A stretch of DNA of 64,000 nucleotides, from NCBI RefSeq assembly GCF_009914755.1, contig NC_060925.1; one strand, 5' to 3'. The notes below the pieces were generated by a model, which saw only the letters and a list, made by a program, of their open reading frames with translations, did no database searches and was not told the DNA's origin. Shown piece after piece: positions 31,277-48,215 of the stretch. The stretch is from the human T2T-CHM13v2.0 reference genome, Homo sapiens. Positions within the stretch are counted from its first letter, which is position 1, and the number at the start of each line of letters is the position of its first letter. Both the position numbers and the translations under genes were made by a program.

Positions 31277-32339
31277 TCAGTTATGAGGTCAAGTTTTGTT
31301 TTTTAAAAACACCCATCAATAGATCCCTCTCACCTTACCCCTCTAAACTGCTTATTTCAGGAAACAAAAGGAGACCAGTCTTGAATCTGTTTATCTCCCC
31401 AGTTTAACTAATCCATTCAAAATTACATTTTTATTTAACATTAACTATACAATACTACATTAATATATCCTTCTATTTTAATCTTTAATCATTTTGGTAA
31501 ATATTTAGAGTCAGTGTTAGCTGACTGTCAAGGCTCATTAAGGGCAATAAGGCTAGAAAGAACTTACCCCACAAGGCCTGGCACAAAATAATCTCTTCTC
31601 CAAGGTTTGCCTATTACCCAGACTAAATCAGATTCTCCTTCCACTGTTTAGCCACAGTTATTGTTAAGTGCCAAATGAATATAGCGAAGAATGGGTGGTG
31701 ATGAAGGTACTATGAGTCCAGAGACCTCATCTCATTTATTTCCGAATCTCCAGATAATAGAACATCTTGTATAAAATTATTTGTGAATAATGAAGAATTT
31801 TATGATTATCACATAAATGATCCTGTAAATGTTTGTAGGACACTGCACTATGTTATCCCTAAAAGTTAATTTTGTTCCCAGTTTGTTCAGAGAATAAAGG
31901 ATCAAATATTGCCCTTCCATTAGCAAGTTATGGGGCTGCAGCTTGCAAAAGATCATCTCTGTGGCTGGTCAAGAAATAGCTCAACAGGGAGTGCACTGAG
32001 GTTCCCTGCGGCCTCCTAAAATACTTTTCCAACCCATGTGCGGCCTTAACAGGCTTCTCCAAGGTGAATGCAGTATCATGCCTTTCAGCAGCCTCTACGT
32101 TCTCATCACAGGCCCGTTGGTCAGTAATGAATGAGAGCTAAAATTCAAGAAATGCCTCATGTTTATAAAGGGGATGCCTAAATCCTAAAATATGATAAAA
32201 GAGCCCTCATTAATGAAGGAAGATGCTTCCTGCTTTAACGAGCAAGTCACAAATATAGCCAACACTAAAACACCAGGAAGGTTCCAAAAAACCTTTGCTA
32301 AAAAACACTTAAAAGCCATTTAAAGAATCAGAAAGATGA

Positions 32340-33009
<670 letters not shown>

Positions 33010-33792
33010 CTACAAAAATACGGCATCATCACTGGTTTAATTACACTTTATACATAGAATAATCCTACATGATGAGTACTCTTTAATATTTATGCATTTT
33101 ATGCCTTTATATTAAAATTTCTGATGGCAAAAAAAACTTTCTACACTGTTTATGCTTCAGATGGGAAAAAGAGGACATACCAGTATGTTAAATAAATAGA
33201 ATAAATGTTACATGTAGCAGTTTAGAGAAATAATTACTTTCAGCAGGGGATTATGGATGTGCTAACATCTGACTTGAGAAAAAATGGGAGAGATTTCAAT
33301 GAATTTTTTCATTGAAATAAAGATAGACAAACTACTGAACATATCCAGACCCCACAGTCCATCTGCATGCATCAACGAAGCCATTCTGGGGAAATATGGA
33401 GAAGAACCTGAGTCCTGACTCTGTCTGGCCTTTAGTGAGCTTACAGGACAACTGGAGTTTTCTAACTCTATTGCTGACCAAATACACAGGCAGCAAGGGA
33501 CAAATCGCCAGGACATGGGAGAGCAGCTAGAAAGTGTAGGAGATCAGGATATACCACCTCAAAATATGCTCTCTGGCACAAGGATTATTTAGCCAAGAAC
33601 TTAAGAGGGGTAGAGGAAAAATTATATTTTGTCTCCAAGAAAACTTAGTTTCTTCCCTCGGCAGGATAATAAAAAGCAGGACCAGGATAAGATTACTCAT
33701 TATAGAAAAAATATATATAAACCAGGGGAAGAAGCAGCACCTGTTTGGCAGTGCTTGGGGATGCATTCAGTTAAAATACGCTGTCTATAATA

Positions 33793-34008
33793 AGGACTTG
33801 CTCAACCTCAGCACTACTGACATTTGGGCCAGAGGATTCTTTGTTGTGGGGATCTGCCTGTGCACTGTTAGATGCTTATGACATCCCCGGCTTCTAACCA
33901 CTAATTGCCAGTAGCACCCATCGTCCAGTTCTGACAACCAAAACTGTCTCTAAACATTGCTAAATCTCCCCTGTGGGGACAAAATTGTCCCTAGTTGAGA
34001 AATCACTG
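33793..34008 (+). mobile_element. MER20
   Basis: ctcaacctcagcactactgacatttgggccag...ttgagaaatcactg. Confidence 0.8.
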
Positions 34009-35544
34009 GTCTAGTAATTCATTTTGTTTTGTTTTTTAAGGAAAACAAAATCAGAATGGCAAAAATAAAACCTGGTTCGAGCACTACAGGGTAGGGAAGA
34101 TGGCCTACTGGAAAGAAGATGGGAAGGCCTGTGGCCCCCTCCAATCTCAATTCCATGACTTCCCATGTATGTGACTTGGGGCACATTACCGAGATTCTCC
34201 CAATCTCCCCTTTTCTGTAAAAAGGAGATACTGAAATCTACCTAAAATAATTACTGAAAGAATAGAAAAGACAGAAAGCATCTAGAACTGAGTAGGTGCT
34301 CAATGAATATTGTTTCCTCTATTGGTAGGTGATTGTAACCAATAGTTCACAGAAAAATCTGAAGAACTGTGCCGAGAAGTGTGGGAGTTACTTCTTCACC
34401 AGAACTTGGTTTCCTACAAGGGATGATAGTGATCTCTAGTCACTGAGCTACTAATACATGCTTCAGTGCTCACAGAAATGTATTACTTCACTGAGCATAC
34501 AGGAGTCCAGATCTACTAGCACTCCTAACAACAATCTTTTAAAATCTACCATCTATGTATTTCTGCAACACATTTAAGACATCTGAAAACCTGAAGGGCA
34601 ACAGAAATACCTTTTAGATACAGTAACTCAAATTTGTACAATGTCTATCTTTCAGAACCAAGCCAGGGATACTGGTGATCTTCTGAAGTACAATATCTAT
34701 GTTATCTTATGGTGTAGGAATACCTACTGATTACACACACAAATAAATTAACTGCTTTGGTTTATTTGTACCTAGATGTATGACTCCTAATATTATACTT
34801 TACAATGGCAGTGAAGGAACTATTGGATTCCCCAATGCAGTACTATGCAATAACCAGGGAGTGGCAGCATTGTGCTGAAAAGACTTCACAATCAATTCCA
34901 CAGATAAAACACACAAAGGTAGACTGGAAGTAAACAACAATTTGAAACAAATTTAAGTAGCTGTAATATCCACAATCTTTCTAAATAGGCCGGTAACTTA
35001 ATTAAAAATGAAAAGTCCATAAAGGGAGGCAGTGTGTGGTTTCAGCAGTACTAGATTACAATTAGGTAATCTAGGATTACAGTTCAGTCTGCAACTGCTA
35101 GTTGCAACCTGAGTGGAGTCCCCCAACCCTATGAAAAGTGAAGGGATGGAACAAAATTGTTTCTATGCTCTCTTTCCATTCTTACATGTTTATATCTAGA
35201 TTTCCTCCTCAAACAAAACCAAGTAGATAAAATGATGCTGTGGGAGAATCTCTAATTTTTTCTCTGTATCTGTGCAATGGCACTGGCTAACGGTGCCATC
35301 CTAAAGGTTTACAAATTAAAATGTCACCTTCAGTGGAAGCTGGCCACTGCTATAATACTGAGGGAAGAAGAGAGCATCCCCTCCCTGAGTAAGTGTTCCC
35401 AGAGCTACCTCAGACACAAAAGTATTGCTAGAAAGTTAGACACAGGTAATTATGTAATTCCTACTACTCACTAGTTGAAGAATTTTGTTCAAAATCACAG
35501 AAAATTAAAGCCAGACGTGAATTTAGAGATCATGCGATTCAAGC

Positions 35545-35740
35545 AAAACTGTCTAAGTTTGAATCCTGGCTCTGCAACTTACTAAGCTATGTGACTTTGG
35601 GCAAGTAACTTCTCCAAGCCTCAATGCTCTCATATACAAAATGGGAGAAAACCAAGTTTCTACCTTATTTGGTTGTGAGGATTAAATAAATTAATATAAA
35701 GCAAGTGGATGAGCTCAAAAAATGTCAGATATTACTATCA
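35545..35740 (+). mobile_element. MIR
   Basis: ttgaatcctggctctgc...tgtgactttgggcaagt...gtgaggattaaa. Confidence 0.75.
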
Positions 35741-36096
35741 TTGTTTTACAGAAAAAGAGAGCAGCAAAGATAGAGAGAAAAGAGGTCCCTTAAAGTTTTT
35801 GCTTTTCTAAGATTCAAAATTATGTTAGTAATAGTGTCATACAGCAAATTAAGAGGAAAATGTCTTCATTTTTCCAACAATTCTAGAAGCTTGTCAAGAA
35901 TTTCTCAACAAATAAGCCTCATTTTTTACTACCAATATAATTTAACAATGGCATAAATGTCAAAATGTTTATAAATAATATATTTCAAACAGAATGCAGA
36001 ATAAAGAGGGAAGTGAAGCTTCCTGTGTGAAAGCACCCTAGGGTGTACTTCTGAATAGTAAGAGGAGACCACTGGGAAGTAAATAACTTCTCACCA

Positions 36097-36300
<204 letters not shown>

Positions 36301-37837
36301 TAAGCCACTAAACAGGAGCACATCCAATCTGCTTAACAATAAAGTTTCGGGACTCTGGGCAAAAAAAAGGGGAGGGGGAGTTGTTTCTGGGCTAAATTAT
36401 AGACCCTGGCTGGATTTCTCTTGAAATGAAGAACATATGTCGATTTAAGGAGATTAATAGAGGACAAAATCCATCCCCCAAATCTGGGCTTAGAAAAAAG
36501 ATCCTTATGGTAGCTATCTGGGAGCAGAATAGCAAAGATTTCTACACATCTTTGAATAACAGACAATAGTCTGTTGAGATTTAACAAATTTAAAATAACT
36601 GAAATGAAACACTCAGAACTAGATAACTGACAAGCGGTAGACTAGGGGAAAAGGAAGGCAATGGAAACAGGCAAGGCCAAGAAAAAGTTGCTGTTGAAGG
36701 GCAACTGTGTTGTCATCAGCAACACACAACACAGTCTGCCCAAACACAGACACAGGGTCTAACGTTGAGATGGAAACTTCCTTTCCTAGAGATCTTTCAT
36801 GATTATTAATTTAGTGTTTTATCAATTTAAATAGCCTGAGTCTTTCCTAGAAACAGTCTTAATATCAGCCTCAGGGCAATGTTTTTCCACAACATAAAAA
36901 TAGTAATAATAATCGAGGGGGTATCTGGATAGTTCATAAATACCAATAGGACTAGGGCAGAGAGAGAGAGAGAGTCCTTCACACAGAGGTGGCCTGCAAG
37001 CCAGACAGAACAACTGTAAATTCACCTACGATACAGAGGAAAGAGCTTCTTTGTCCCACTGATCACCAGCTGATGATACCTGCCACCAGCTCACAGCAGG
37101 GATTATCAGGTCCCCAAAGCCTCCAAAACAGACCACTCCTGTCCCTCTGTGTTATCAAATGTGACAGAGATATCAAGGCCAAAGACAGCCTCAACAGAGT
37201 ACAAAGATGGATATTAGCAAATAAATAACTTTGCCAAGTCAAAACAATCTGCTGGAGAGAAGAGGAGTAACCTCCTGCATATATTTAACTGCTTAGTCAT
37301 GGGGGCTCTTGATTCAGAACCAAGTGAAATCAGATCAAAATTCTTACTCTATAAGCCAATATAGCCAACCAAGTTTCTCCAGAAATTTGGGATGAAGTGG
37401 CTAACATGTGTATACTGTATGGCTTAAAAAGATACTTTCTGAAGAAACTTTTCATGCATTTCCACAACATGGTGATAATAAGGTTAAGAGTTGTCTGAAC
37501 ATTAGAGGTTTACTGTATAATTCAGAAATGTATACATAAAACTTTTAATTGGTAGTCAGACACTAATTAAGCATACAGAGGGGGGAACACCGTCTCCCAG
37601 AGACATCACTATCTCCCTTCAAGTGTGCTCACCAACCAGTTTAAAGAGGCATTAACTCTGCCAGTTGAGCCCACCTCCACTTACAGGACAATGACTGTTA
37701 GACGTGTCACCTTAGCTAAGACCTTGGGGACACAGTCATAATGGCTTTGATCATTCCTGACTTCAAGGGAGAAGGGTAGGGACAGACAATGGGGTCAAAG
37801 ATCACTATTCTTCAAAGATCAAAGCTAACTCCAGATA

Positions 37838-38140
37838 CAGACTGAGTAACCTCTTATCCAAAATACCTGGGACCAGAGGTGTTTCTGATTTCAGAATTTT
37901 CTAGATTTTGGAATCTTTGGGTATACATAATGAGATATCTTGGGGATGGGACCCAAGTCTAAACACAAAATTTATTTATGTTTCATATAAACCTCATACA
38001 CATAGCCTGAGGGTAATTATATAAAACATTTTAATAATATATGCAGCCTGTCACAAAGGTCAGATGTGGAATTTTCTACTTACTGCATCATGTCAGCACT
38101 CAAAAAGTTATGGATTTTCAAATTAGAGATGCCCAACCTG
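37838..38140 (-). mobile_element. Tigger4b MITE
   Basis: TA flanks, cagactgag...caacctg termini, internal gggatgggacccaagtctaaacac. Confidence 0.8.
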
Positions 38141-38254
38141 TATTTATTTACACAGGTAAATCAAAACTAAAGATAAGCTTTCTGTACCAGTCATAGTTAC
38201 CCAACTTCATGGATAAATATCTGAAATTAAATTTAATTCAATTAAAATGAAATT

Positions 38255-38437
38255 AGATCCAGGAATCCCACTTCTGTGAATTTACCAAAATATTTAAAAT
38301 CAGTTTGTCAAAGAGAAGCCTGCACTCCCAAGTTTATCACAGTACTATTCACAATAAACAAGTTAGGGAATCAACCTCAGTGCCTATCAACAATGAATGG
38401 AGACAGAAAATGTGGTGTGTGTGTATGTATGTGTGTG

Positions 38438-38502
<65 letters not shown>

Positions 38503-38970
38503 AACTACTATTCAGTCTTTAAAAAGAAGACTCCTGTCATCTGCAACAACATGAATTGAACTGGAGAATATTATGCTAAGTTAAATAAGCCAGGAATTGA
38601 AAGACAAATACCACATGTGCTTATTACATGTGGACTCAAACAACCCAACTCACAGAAGTGAAGAGAAGTGGTTACAGAGGCTGGGCAGTGGGGGGAATGG
38701 GGAGCTAATGCTCAAAGGGTACAAAATCTCAGTAAAGAAGAATAACTGGGTTTTTTAAATGATCGACTGCACAACATGATTAATATAGTTAATAACAGTG
38801 TATTGTACATTTCAAAATTGGTAAGAGAGTAAATTTCAAATGTTGCCATCATAAAAAATGATAATTAGCTTGAATTATTCTACATTGTATTAATGAATCA
38901 TACATCATTTTGTACTCCATACATATATACAATTATAAGTTGTCAGCTTACAACAAAATGAAATTTTAAA
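38255..38970 (+). mobile_element. L1MA-type 5'-truncated insertion
   Basis: ORF2 end and 3'UTR motifs; TSD aaaatgaaattagat on both sides. Confidence 0.8.
38411..38500. repeat. (TG)n/(TA)n microsatellite
   Basis: Seen directly, including more than 20 perfect TG units. Confidence 0.95.
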
Positions 38971-39041
38971 AATGAAATTAGATAGGAAATATCTTGTAAT
39001 ATTTCAAGCCTCTACCCTATTTAACATAAGACTCTAAGAAT

Positions 39042-39347
39042 GCCCGGGCACCGTGGCGCATGCCTGGAATCCCAGCACTTTGGGAGGCAGAGGCAGGTGG
39101 ATCACCTGAGGTCAGGAGTTCATGACCAGCCTGGCCAACATGGTGAAACCCTGTCTCTACTAAAAATACAAAAATTAGTTGGGTGTGGTGGTGGGTGCCT
39201 ATAATCCCAGCTACTCGGGAGGCTGAGTGAGGCAGTAGAATGGCTTGAACCCAGAAGGTGGAGGTTGCAGTGAGCGGAGATCGTGCCACTGCACTCCAGC
39301 CTGGGCAACAAGAGCGCAACTCTGTCTCAAAACCAAACAAACAAAAA
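39042..39347 (+). mobile_element. AluSq/Sp-like
   Basis: Full dimer; TSD tctaagaat. Confidence 0.92.
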
Positions 39348-39955
39348 GGATCTAAGAATTTTACATATCTATATATATTATCCATATAACTTTACAGCCA
39401 TTACAGCTCAAAACGCCAGGAAAGAGGTATAGAAAAACCTAAAGCAGAGTATACCACCAGGCCTCAGGCCATCAAGGTTCATGTATCCCAGGGTTCTGCT
39501 CTGACATGGGGACCAGTGGGTAAGGGGAAAAACTGAAATACTGACTCCACAGACTCTTCTCAGGAGAAAGAAAGGACTGAATATACTTTATAATTACACC
39601 ATCCTATACACATCTCCCAAATGCACTGAGTCATTAAACATTTTGTTTCATTTTGAGAGGGCAGAGTGAGGCCTCGCAAGTAAATTTCTTATTGCCATTG
39701 ATAAAGTATCCACTCTTGTTTGATCCTGGAACACCTTCTCCCAACCTTGGTGTATTTTAGTGTAGCGCTGGAACTGAACAGACCTAAAAATCCACAGGGT
39801 CGTCTTCTGCATCCACTCTCAGTGGGGCCTGAATCCACCTATGGAAGGACCACGGCTGTGGCACAGCTCCCCTCAGGTGGCCACACAACTCCCATTTCTA
39901 AAATACCTTAAAACAAGGGGCAGGTAGAGGAAAAATAAAACAAAATAAAATACCT

Positions 39956-40261
39956 GGGCTGGGTGTGGTGGCTCACACCTGTAATCCCAGCACTTTGGGA
40001 GGCCAAGGCAGGTGGATCACAAGTTCAGGAGTTCAAGACCAGCCTGGCCAAGATGATGAAACCCCGTCTCTACTAAAAATACAAAAATTAGCCGGGTGTG
40101 GTGGCGACCGCCTGTAATCCCAGCTACTTGGGAGGCTGAGGCAGAGAATTGCTTGAACCCAGGAGGCGGAAGTTGCAGTGAACTGAGATGGCACCACTGC
40201 ACTCCAGCCTGGGCAACAGAGCAAGACTCTGTCTCCAAAACAAAAAACAAACAAAAAAAAA
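39956..40261 (+). mobile_element. AluS
   Basis: Full dimer with A tail. Confidence 0.92.
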
Positions 40262-40408
40262 CCTGAAAACAAAAATTAAATGGGACACAGAATCCTGTTG
40301 GTGGTAACATCACATTTATTAGCATTTCCAAATGGGTATACCTGGAACTACTGGTACATCCAATATATAGCAGACTTCTGGAGGGATCTGCTCACAACTG
40401 GAATAGTA

Positions 40409-40704
<296 letters not shown>

Positions 40705-41561
40705 AGAACTAGCATAATGAATTTTTAAAGAGAAGTTAAGTAGATGAAAGAAATAGAAGACCATGGCCACATCCATCTGACTAGGCTGCTTACTGCTTGT
40801 AGGCACTAGGATCAAGGTTAGAGGCTCATTTTCAAAACCTATGAGTGGTATTCAATTCAAAAGACTGTTGTCAAGAGATAACATCAGCATCTGGGTCTGT
40901 GTGAAAGGATTTAAATCACCTTCTATCAGATGTTGAAGCATGAAGGGGGAATGGTAGGAAGGCAGATGACTATTCACAGTGTTTACAATCAAGATATACA
41001 AATAACTGGCTACATACAAACACTCAGAAAGATGATGTAACTATGAATGTACTGAAGCACAGGCTCAGATGATGGGCAATAATTTCAAAACCACTGTTTC
41101 TTGATGATGCCTTGTTTGTTAAACTTCTGCCGCTGTTAAATTATTTTTACACTTTAATATGGAGAAAAATCAACCAATATTTTGGTAGGAACTAAAACAG
41201 TGCATGAAAACTAAATCATCTCTGAAATGCTAGCTAAGGAGTCAAAACTCATTAAGGATTTTCTACTTAGGATTATATTGTGTATGAACACTGAAATTTT
41301 CAGACAATTCATTCTTGTATTTGTTTGTAGCAGAGAGGCCAAAACTAAGCACAGGTAAAACCTTGGGAATATTTGTACTTCTTGCCCTCATCTGTAAACT
41401 ACAAGGCTGGGTAACTAGATGACCTCTGTTGTCCTTAATATCACACACACACAGAGATAAACTGTACGTCAAGGGGACTTAGCAGATAGGGACAGACATA
41501 GCAAACTAAAGAGCACTTCTGTAGCTCCCCAAAAGTATCCCACAATGTACTTCAACCTGAC

Positions 41562-42534
41562 TGTGGGGTTAATATCAGGTGTCTGAACTGGATTAAGGGA
41601 CATCTAGATAGTTGGTAAAGCATTATTTCTGGGTGTGTCTGTACAGGTGTTCCTAGAGGAGACTGGTGTGTCAGATGGTAGCCTGTGTGGGAAGATCTGC
41701 CCTCAATGTAGGTGGGACAGCATCTAATCGGCTGGGGTCCAGAACAGAACAAAAAAAAGCAGGGAAAAGGAGACTTTGCTCTCTCTCCAAGAGCTAAGAC
41801 ACCTTTCTTCTCCTACCTTTGGACATCAGAACTCTAGGTCCTCCAGCCTTTGGACTGAGGACTCACACCAGCGGCCCCCCAGGCTCTCTGGCCTTCAGCC
41901 TCAGACAGAGTTGTACTATAGGTTCCTTTGGTTCTGAGGCTTTTGAACTTGAACTGAGCCATACTATCAGCTTCCCCGCATCTCCAGCTTGCAGATGGCC
42001 TGCGATGGTCTAAATGTTTGTCACCCTCAGAAACTCATTCTGAAACTTAATCCCCAATGTAACAGTATTAACAAGTGAGGCCTTTAAGAGGTGATTAGAT
42101 CACAAGGAGCCTGATAACTCATTAATTCATTGATGCATTCATGGGTTAACGACTTATCACAAGAGTGAGTCTCTTATAAAAACCAGGTTGGCTCTCTCTT
42201 GTGAGCCCTACTGTCCTGGATGCCTTCTACCACATTATGGCACAGCACAAAGCCCTCCCCAGAGGCCAACCAGATGCAGCCCCTTGACCTGGGACTTCAC
42301 AGCCTCCAGAACTATAATAAATTTATTTTCTTTATAAATTACCCAGTCTCAGGTATTCAGAAAAAAAGACTAAGACATGGCTATCATGGGACTTAGCTTC
42401 TATGATGGAGTGAGATTTATTATTCCCTTAATAAATCCCCTCTCATCTGTCTGTCTATCCATCTGTCTATCTTTCTATCCAGCCAGCCAGCCAGCCAATT
42501 GGTTCTGTCTCTCTGGAGAACCCTGACTAATACA
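41562..42534 (+). mobile_element. MLT2 (ERVL) solo LTR
   Basis: TG...CA ends, tggtaaagcattatttctgggtgtgtctg and ctctggagaaccctgactaataca; perfect 5-bp TSD ctgac at 41557 and 42535. Confidence 0.88.
42001..42377 (+). mobile_element. MST (MaLR) solo LTR nested in MLT2
   Basis: tgcgatggtctaaatgtttg...aaattacccagtctcaggtattc...gactaagaca; TSD tggcc/tggct. Confidence 0.88.
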
Positions 42535-43226
42535 CTGACAAATACTAAATGTCAGATTCAGCTTTAAAAGTTCAGTTTTGAAGGGTCAATTTGGCAAGAC
42601 GAAATTTCGCAGATAAATTAAAATCCTACCCTTGGACCTCCAAAATCTGCTGACCAAACACAAAAATGAATCCCATTCTAAACAGTATTCTCCCAGCAGC
42701 TCTGGTTTTATCAGATCAACATTCTGAAGCACAAATTTTCTCTTTGGTCCAAAGGATTTCTCCCATAAAGGAAGAAAAAAATAGCTATTCGTAGAGAGTG
42801 TAATAAGAAATTGTCAAATTCCCCCTTAATCCCTACTAAAGCTTTAAACAGTCCATTAAATTTCTTTAAAAGCAAAAAAAAAAAAAAAAAAGAGTACAAA
42901 TATCACAAAATTTGACATTTTTGTAATAATACTTTGGTTGTTGTTTGGTGACGGCGGTGATGGCAGTGATATTATTCATTTGGAGGGAATTAATGACTTC
43001 TTACACATGACATAGCCAGAAAAGTTACAGAGCTCAACCACACATCAATGGTGGGGTCAGACTTTGCGGTAATGAGCAGGATGTCAAAGAAAGGGTGGGG
43101 AATTTCTCACATTATTTAACATCACATTATTTTATAAGTAAGACTTACCAACTTATGATTAAAGATACATGGCAGAGATTTTACAATTAAAAACCGATGA
43201 TGAGCTACCATGATAATATTTCCTTG

Positions 43227-43522
43227 AGGTTGGGCACAGTGGCTCACATCTGTAATTCCAGCACTTTGGAAGGCAGAGGCATGAAGACCGCTTGAGCCCA
43301 GTAGTTTGAGACTAACTTGGACAACAAAGTCAGACTCTGCCTTTACAAAAAATTTAAACATTAGACAGGCATGGTGTCATGCTCTTGTAGTCCCAGTTAT
43401 TCTGGAGACTGAGGCGGTAGGATCTCCTGAGCCCAACAGCTAAAGGCTGCAATAAGCTATGATGGCACTGCCACACTCCAGCCTGGGTGACAGAGCTAGA
43501 CCCTGTCTTAAAAAAAAAGAAA
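43227..43522 (+). mobile_element. AluJ
   Basis: Diverged dimer. Confidence 0.9.
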
Positions 43523-43549
43523 ATATTTTATTGACTCAATACACTTTTT

Positions 43550-44340
43550 ACAGAAGGACCTCTCAAACATCTTAAGCTTCAAGATTCCTTAGATTCTTAA
43601 AAATTATTAAAGAGTCAAAGAACATGGGTTATAGCTTATCAGTACTTACTGTATTTAAAAATAAAAAAATTTCTGGCTGGGTGCGGTGGCTCATGCCTGT
43701 AATCCCAGCACTTTGGGAGACTGAGGCGGGCGGATCACGAGGTCAAGAGATCGAGACCATCCTGGCCAACATGGTGAAACCCCGTCTCTACTAAAAATAC
43801 AAAAATTAGCTGGGCATGGTGGCTCGTGCCTGTAGTCCCAGCTACTCAGGAGGCTGAGGCAGGAGAATTGCTTGAACCGGGGAAGTGGAGGTGAAAGTGA
43901 AATTGCGCCACTGCACTCCAGCCTGGCGACAGAGTGAGACTCCATCTCAAAAAATAATAATAATAAAAATAAAAAAATAAATTTTTTTGTAATTTATGAA
44001 TTCATTAATAACAGTAATAAACCCACTACATGCTCGTGTTAACATAAATAATTATAACAAATAACTATAATTTTTAGAACGAACATAATGTAGGAAATGA
44101 GTAACACTTTTATTTCTGCAAATCTCTTTTACTTCTGGCTTAATAAGAAAACAGATTCCCATATCTACTTCTGCTTCTGTATTCAATCTGTTGAGCTATA
44201 TCACACATCATTTAGCCTTTTGTGGAATGCACTGTACACTCCTGAGAGAATGACAGTGAAAAAAAGCAAATGACGTCTTGGTATCATTATGAAAACAGTT
44301 CAACCCTACAGACCCCTGGACCATAGTTAAGAATGGCTGG
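43550..44340. mobile_element. Charlie-family (Charlie4a-like) hAT fossil split by an Alu
   Basis: tgcaaatctctttt...tctggcttaata; attcaatctgttg; tattatgaaaacagtt motifs. Confidence 0.6.
43675..43980 (+). mobile_element. AluSc-like
   Basis: ggatcacgaggtcaagagatcgagaccatcctggcc; (TAA)n tail. Confidence 0.92.
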
Positions 44341-46739
44341 TCTCTGAGATGAAGTCGACAAGCTGCACAGATGGCTCCAGGTGCCCTCTCTTTTAGACAC
44401 AATCATTTAAATAAAAAGTATGCTCCCGAAACAGCACAATGACTAGAGATTTTAAGGCACAAATTCATTTAGATGTCAGATACTATTAAAAAAGATTTCA
44501 TTATTATTTATACAACCAAACACTCCAGACATTCCAGTAGAGAGCAGAAGTTACACAAGAAGAAAAATCTAAATAGGAAGCTCTCATTGTCAAATTTAAG
44601 GTATCTTTCCAAAAACTGAGCTCAGGATATAAAAGAAATATTTAAAGCTTGATTCAAACAAGTATTTGTCTACATTAAAAAGGTATACTACTTTAAAACA
44701 ACGGTGAACCCTTGAAGCTGAAAGCATGCAGAAAATAATAACCTAGATAATTTCCGCTATTCCAGGCAACTTTCTGGCCATTTCAAAAATGATACTGCTT
44801 CCTACCTGAGAAAACTGGCATCATTAAACAAAACCTTTAAGAAAAAGAAAGATATTAGCTTACAATGTTAACTGAATCATATCTTTTATAATGACTAATA
44901 TACCTAATTTATGTGAATCTAGCAATATTCCGCCCTCTCCTGGTGATATGCTTTTTGTACCACTGCTGTCTGAATTAAACCCTGAGTGTAGAGTTGGTAA
45001 CACAGTAAAGTAATTTTTAGCAACACAAATATTTGCACTTTTAAGAAGCACTAGAGACACAGTTTTAGAAATTACTGACTCAAAAGTTGGCCTGCATAAT
45101 AGGAATCCAAGTACAGCCAGCAACTTACCAATAAACAAATTCAAATAGTTGGATAAGAAAAGGGAAAATCAGCAGGAACACTAAAAAATTATATTTTCCT
45201 GGTTTACGTAAATCAGTCTGTCTTATCTTAAATATCTTAATTATTTCTTCTCTTCCTTTAACTTAAACCAAAACAAAGACGGTAACCTTTAATACTAGTT
45301 AGTCTATTTATAACCGTTCCATCTACAAACATTTTTCTAATACAAACATGCCCTGATAGCTTATCTTGGTGCACATGCCAGACAACAAAGGCCCACTGGC
45401 CTGCTGGAGAGGAGAAATGGAAAGCAGGAAATGAGAAGCCTTAGTTAATCTCCAAATAATCGATCAGTGTATTCAGTCAAGTGTGAGCTGAGCTGGGAAA
45501 ATGCTGCTTTAAAAAAGAAAGAAAGAAAATCAAAGAGCATGTGACTGGAGCCACAATTCATTTTAAAATAGGGTAATTTTTGTCAAAAAGATTCTGCATC
45601 ACGTTCAAGCACCAACAACAACATACGGAAATGTTCATATCTTCTGCAGTAAGACCCCTTCCTTTAAAATCTCTTGTCATCTTTTTTCAAAAACAAGTTC
45701 CAACTTTTGGGCTTTGTTTCTTATTTCAGTTTATCTTAATTATTGAGGTATAATTTACATACACACAATAAAATTAACTTATTTTGTTTCTACTAGTTTT
45801 GACAAATGTATAGAGTTGTGTAACCTCCACCAAAATCAAGATAGGCAACATTCCCATTACCACAAAAAGACCAACTTCCATTACAGAATCAACATTTGCT
45901 GTGATGAAAAGGCTTTGGGTGCCAGTGTTGCCAGAAAAGCAACATTCTAATCTAACTTCCTTCCTCCATTTTAGCACACAGAGAAGTTAATATGGAGAAA
46001 AACAATTCAGAGTCTGCTGTGACTCTTCTATCTATTGCTAGAGAATACTACAGACAGGAATCCCATGATCTTTAAATCAAGTAATCGGCTAGATAAAACT
46101 TCTGGGCTAAGAGGTAATATGGTCTCAGGAAATTCCTAGAACATACAACAGTTTTAGTGACAAGTGATATAAAAATAAACAAAAATAATTTCAAATTAGA
46201 TCTGAGATATACTTTCCTCAAACTATATAAGGAATATTTATTGGGCATCTGCTAGGCACCAGACACTGTTCTGGAGATGGTTGCTGAGTATATAGAAGTG
46301 GGAAAAACAGGAAGTCCCAGTCCTGGTAGAACTTCCATTCCAATGGAGGTGAAGACCCCTTACCAATTCCCCCAACCCTCTCCTCTAAAATGTCCAATAA
46401 CGGTTAAGTGCTTTTAGAAAGTTATGATGAATGAAATCTGCCACTTAGTAACCATAAATCCTAGGCAAGTAACATTTATTTACACTGTTATTTAATCTCT
46501 TTGGATATTATTTTCCTTAAAATTAGTGGTCTTCTCAAAAGTACTTCAGGATAGCAGGAAAAACTGTATTGTGACCTGATATGTCATATACAGAGACAGG
46601 TTTAAATAACCCTAATGATTCCATACACCAGTTTCTCTACCTACAGGACCTAGGAGGAAACCTAAATGTCTTGCTTGCTTGCTATCCTGAGCGTGTTCAT
46701 GAAAACTCCCAAAGGTGGCTCTACTTTCTTGCTTTATCT

Positions 46740-48215
<1,476 letters not shown>

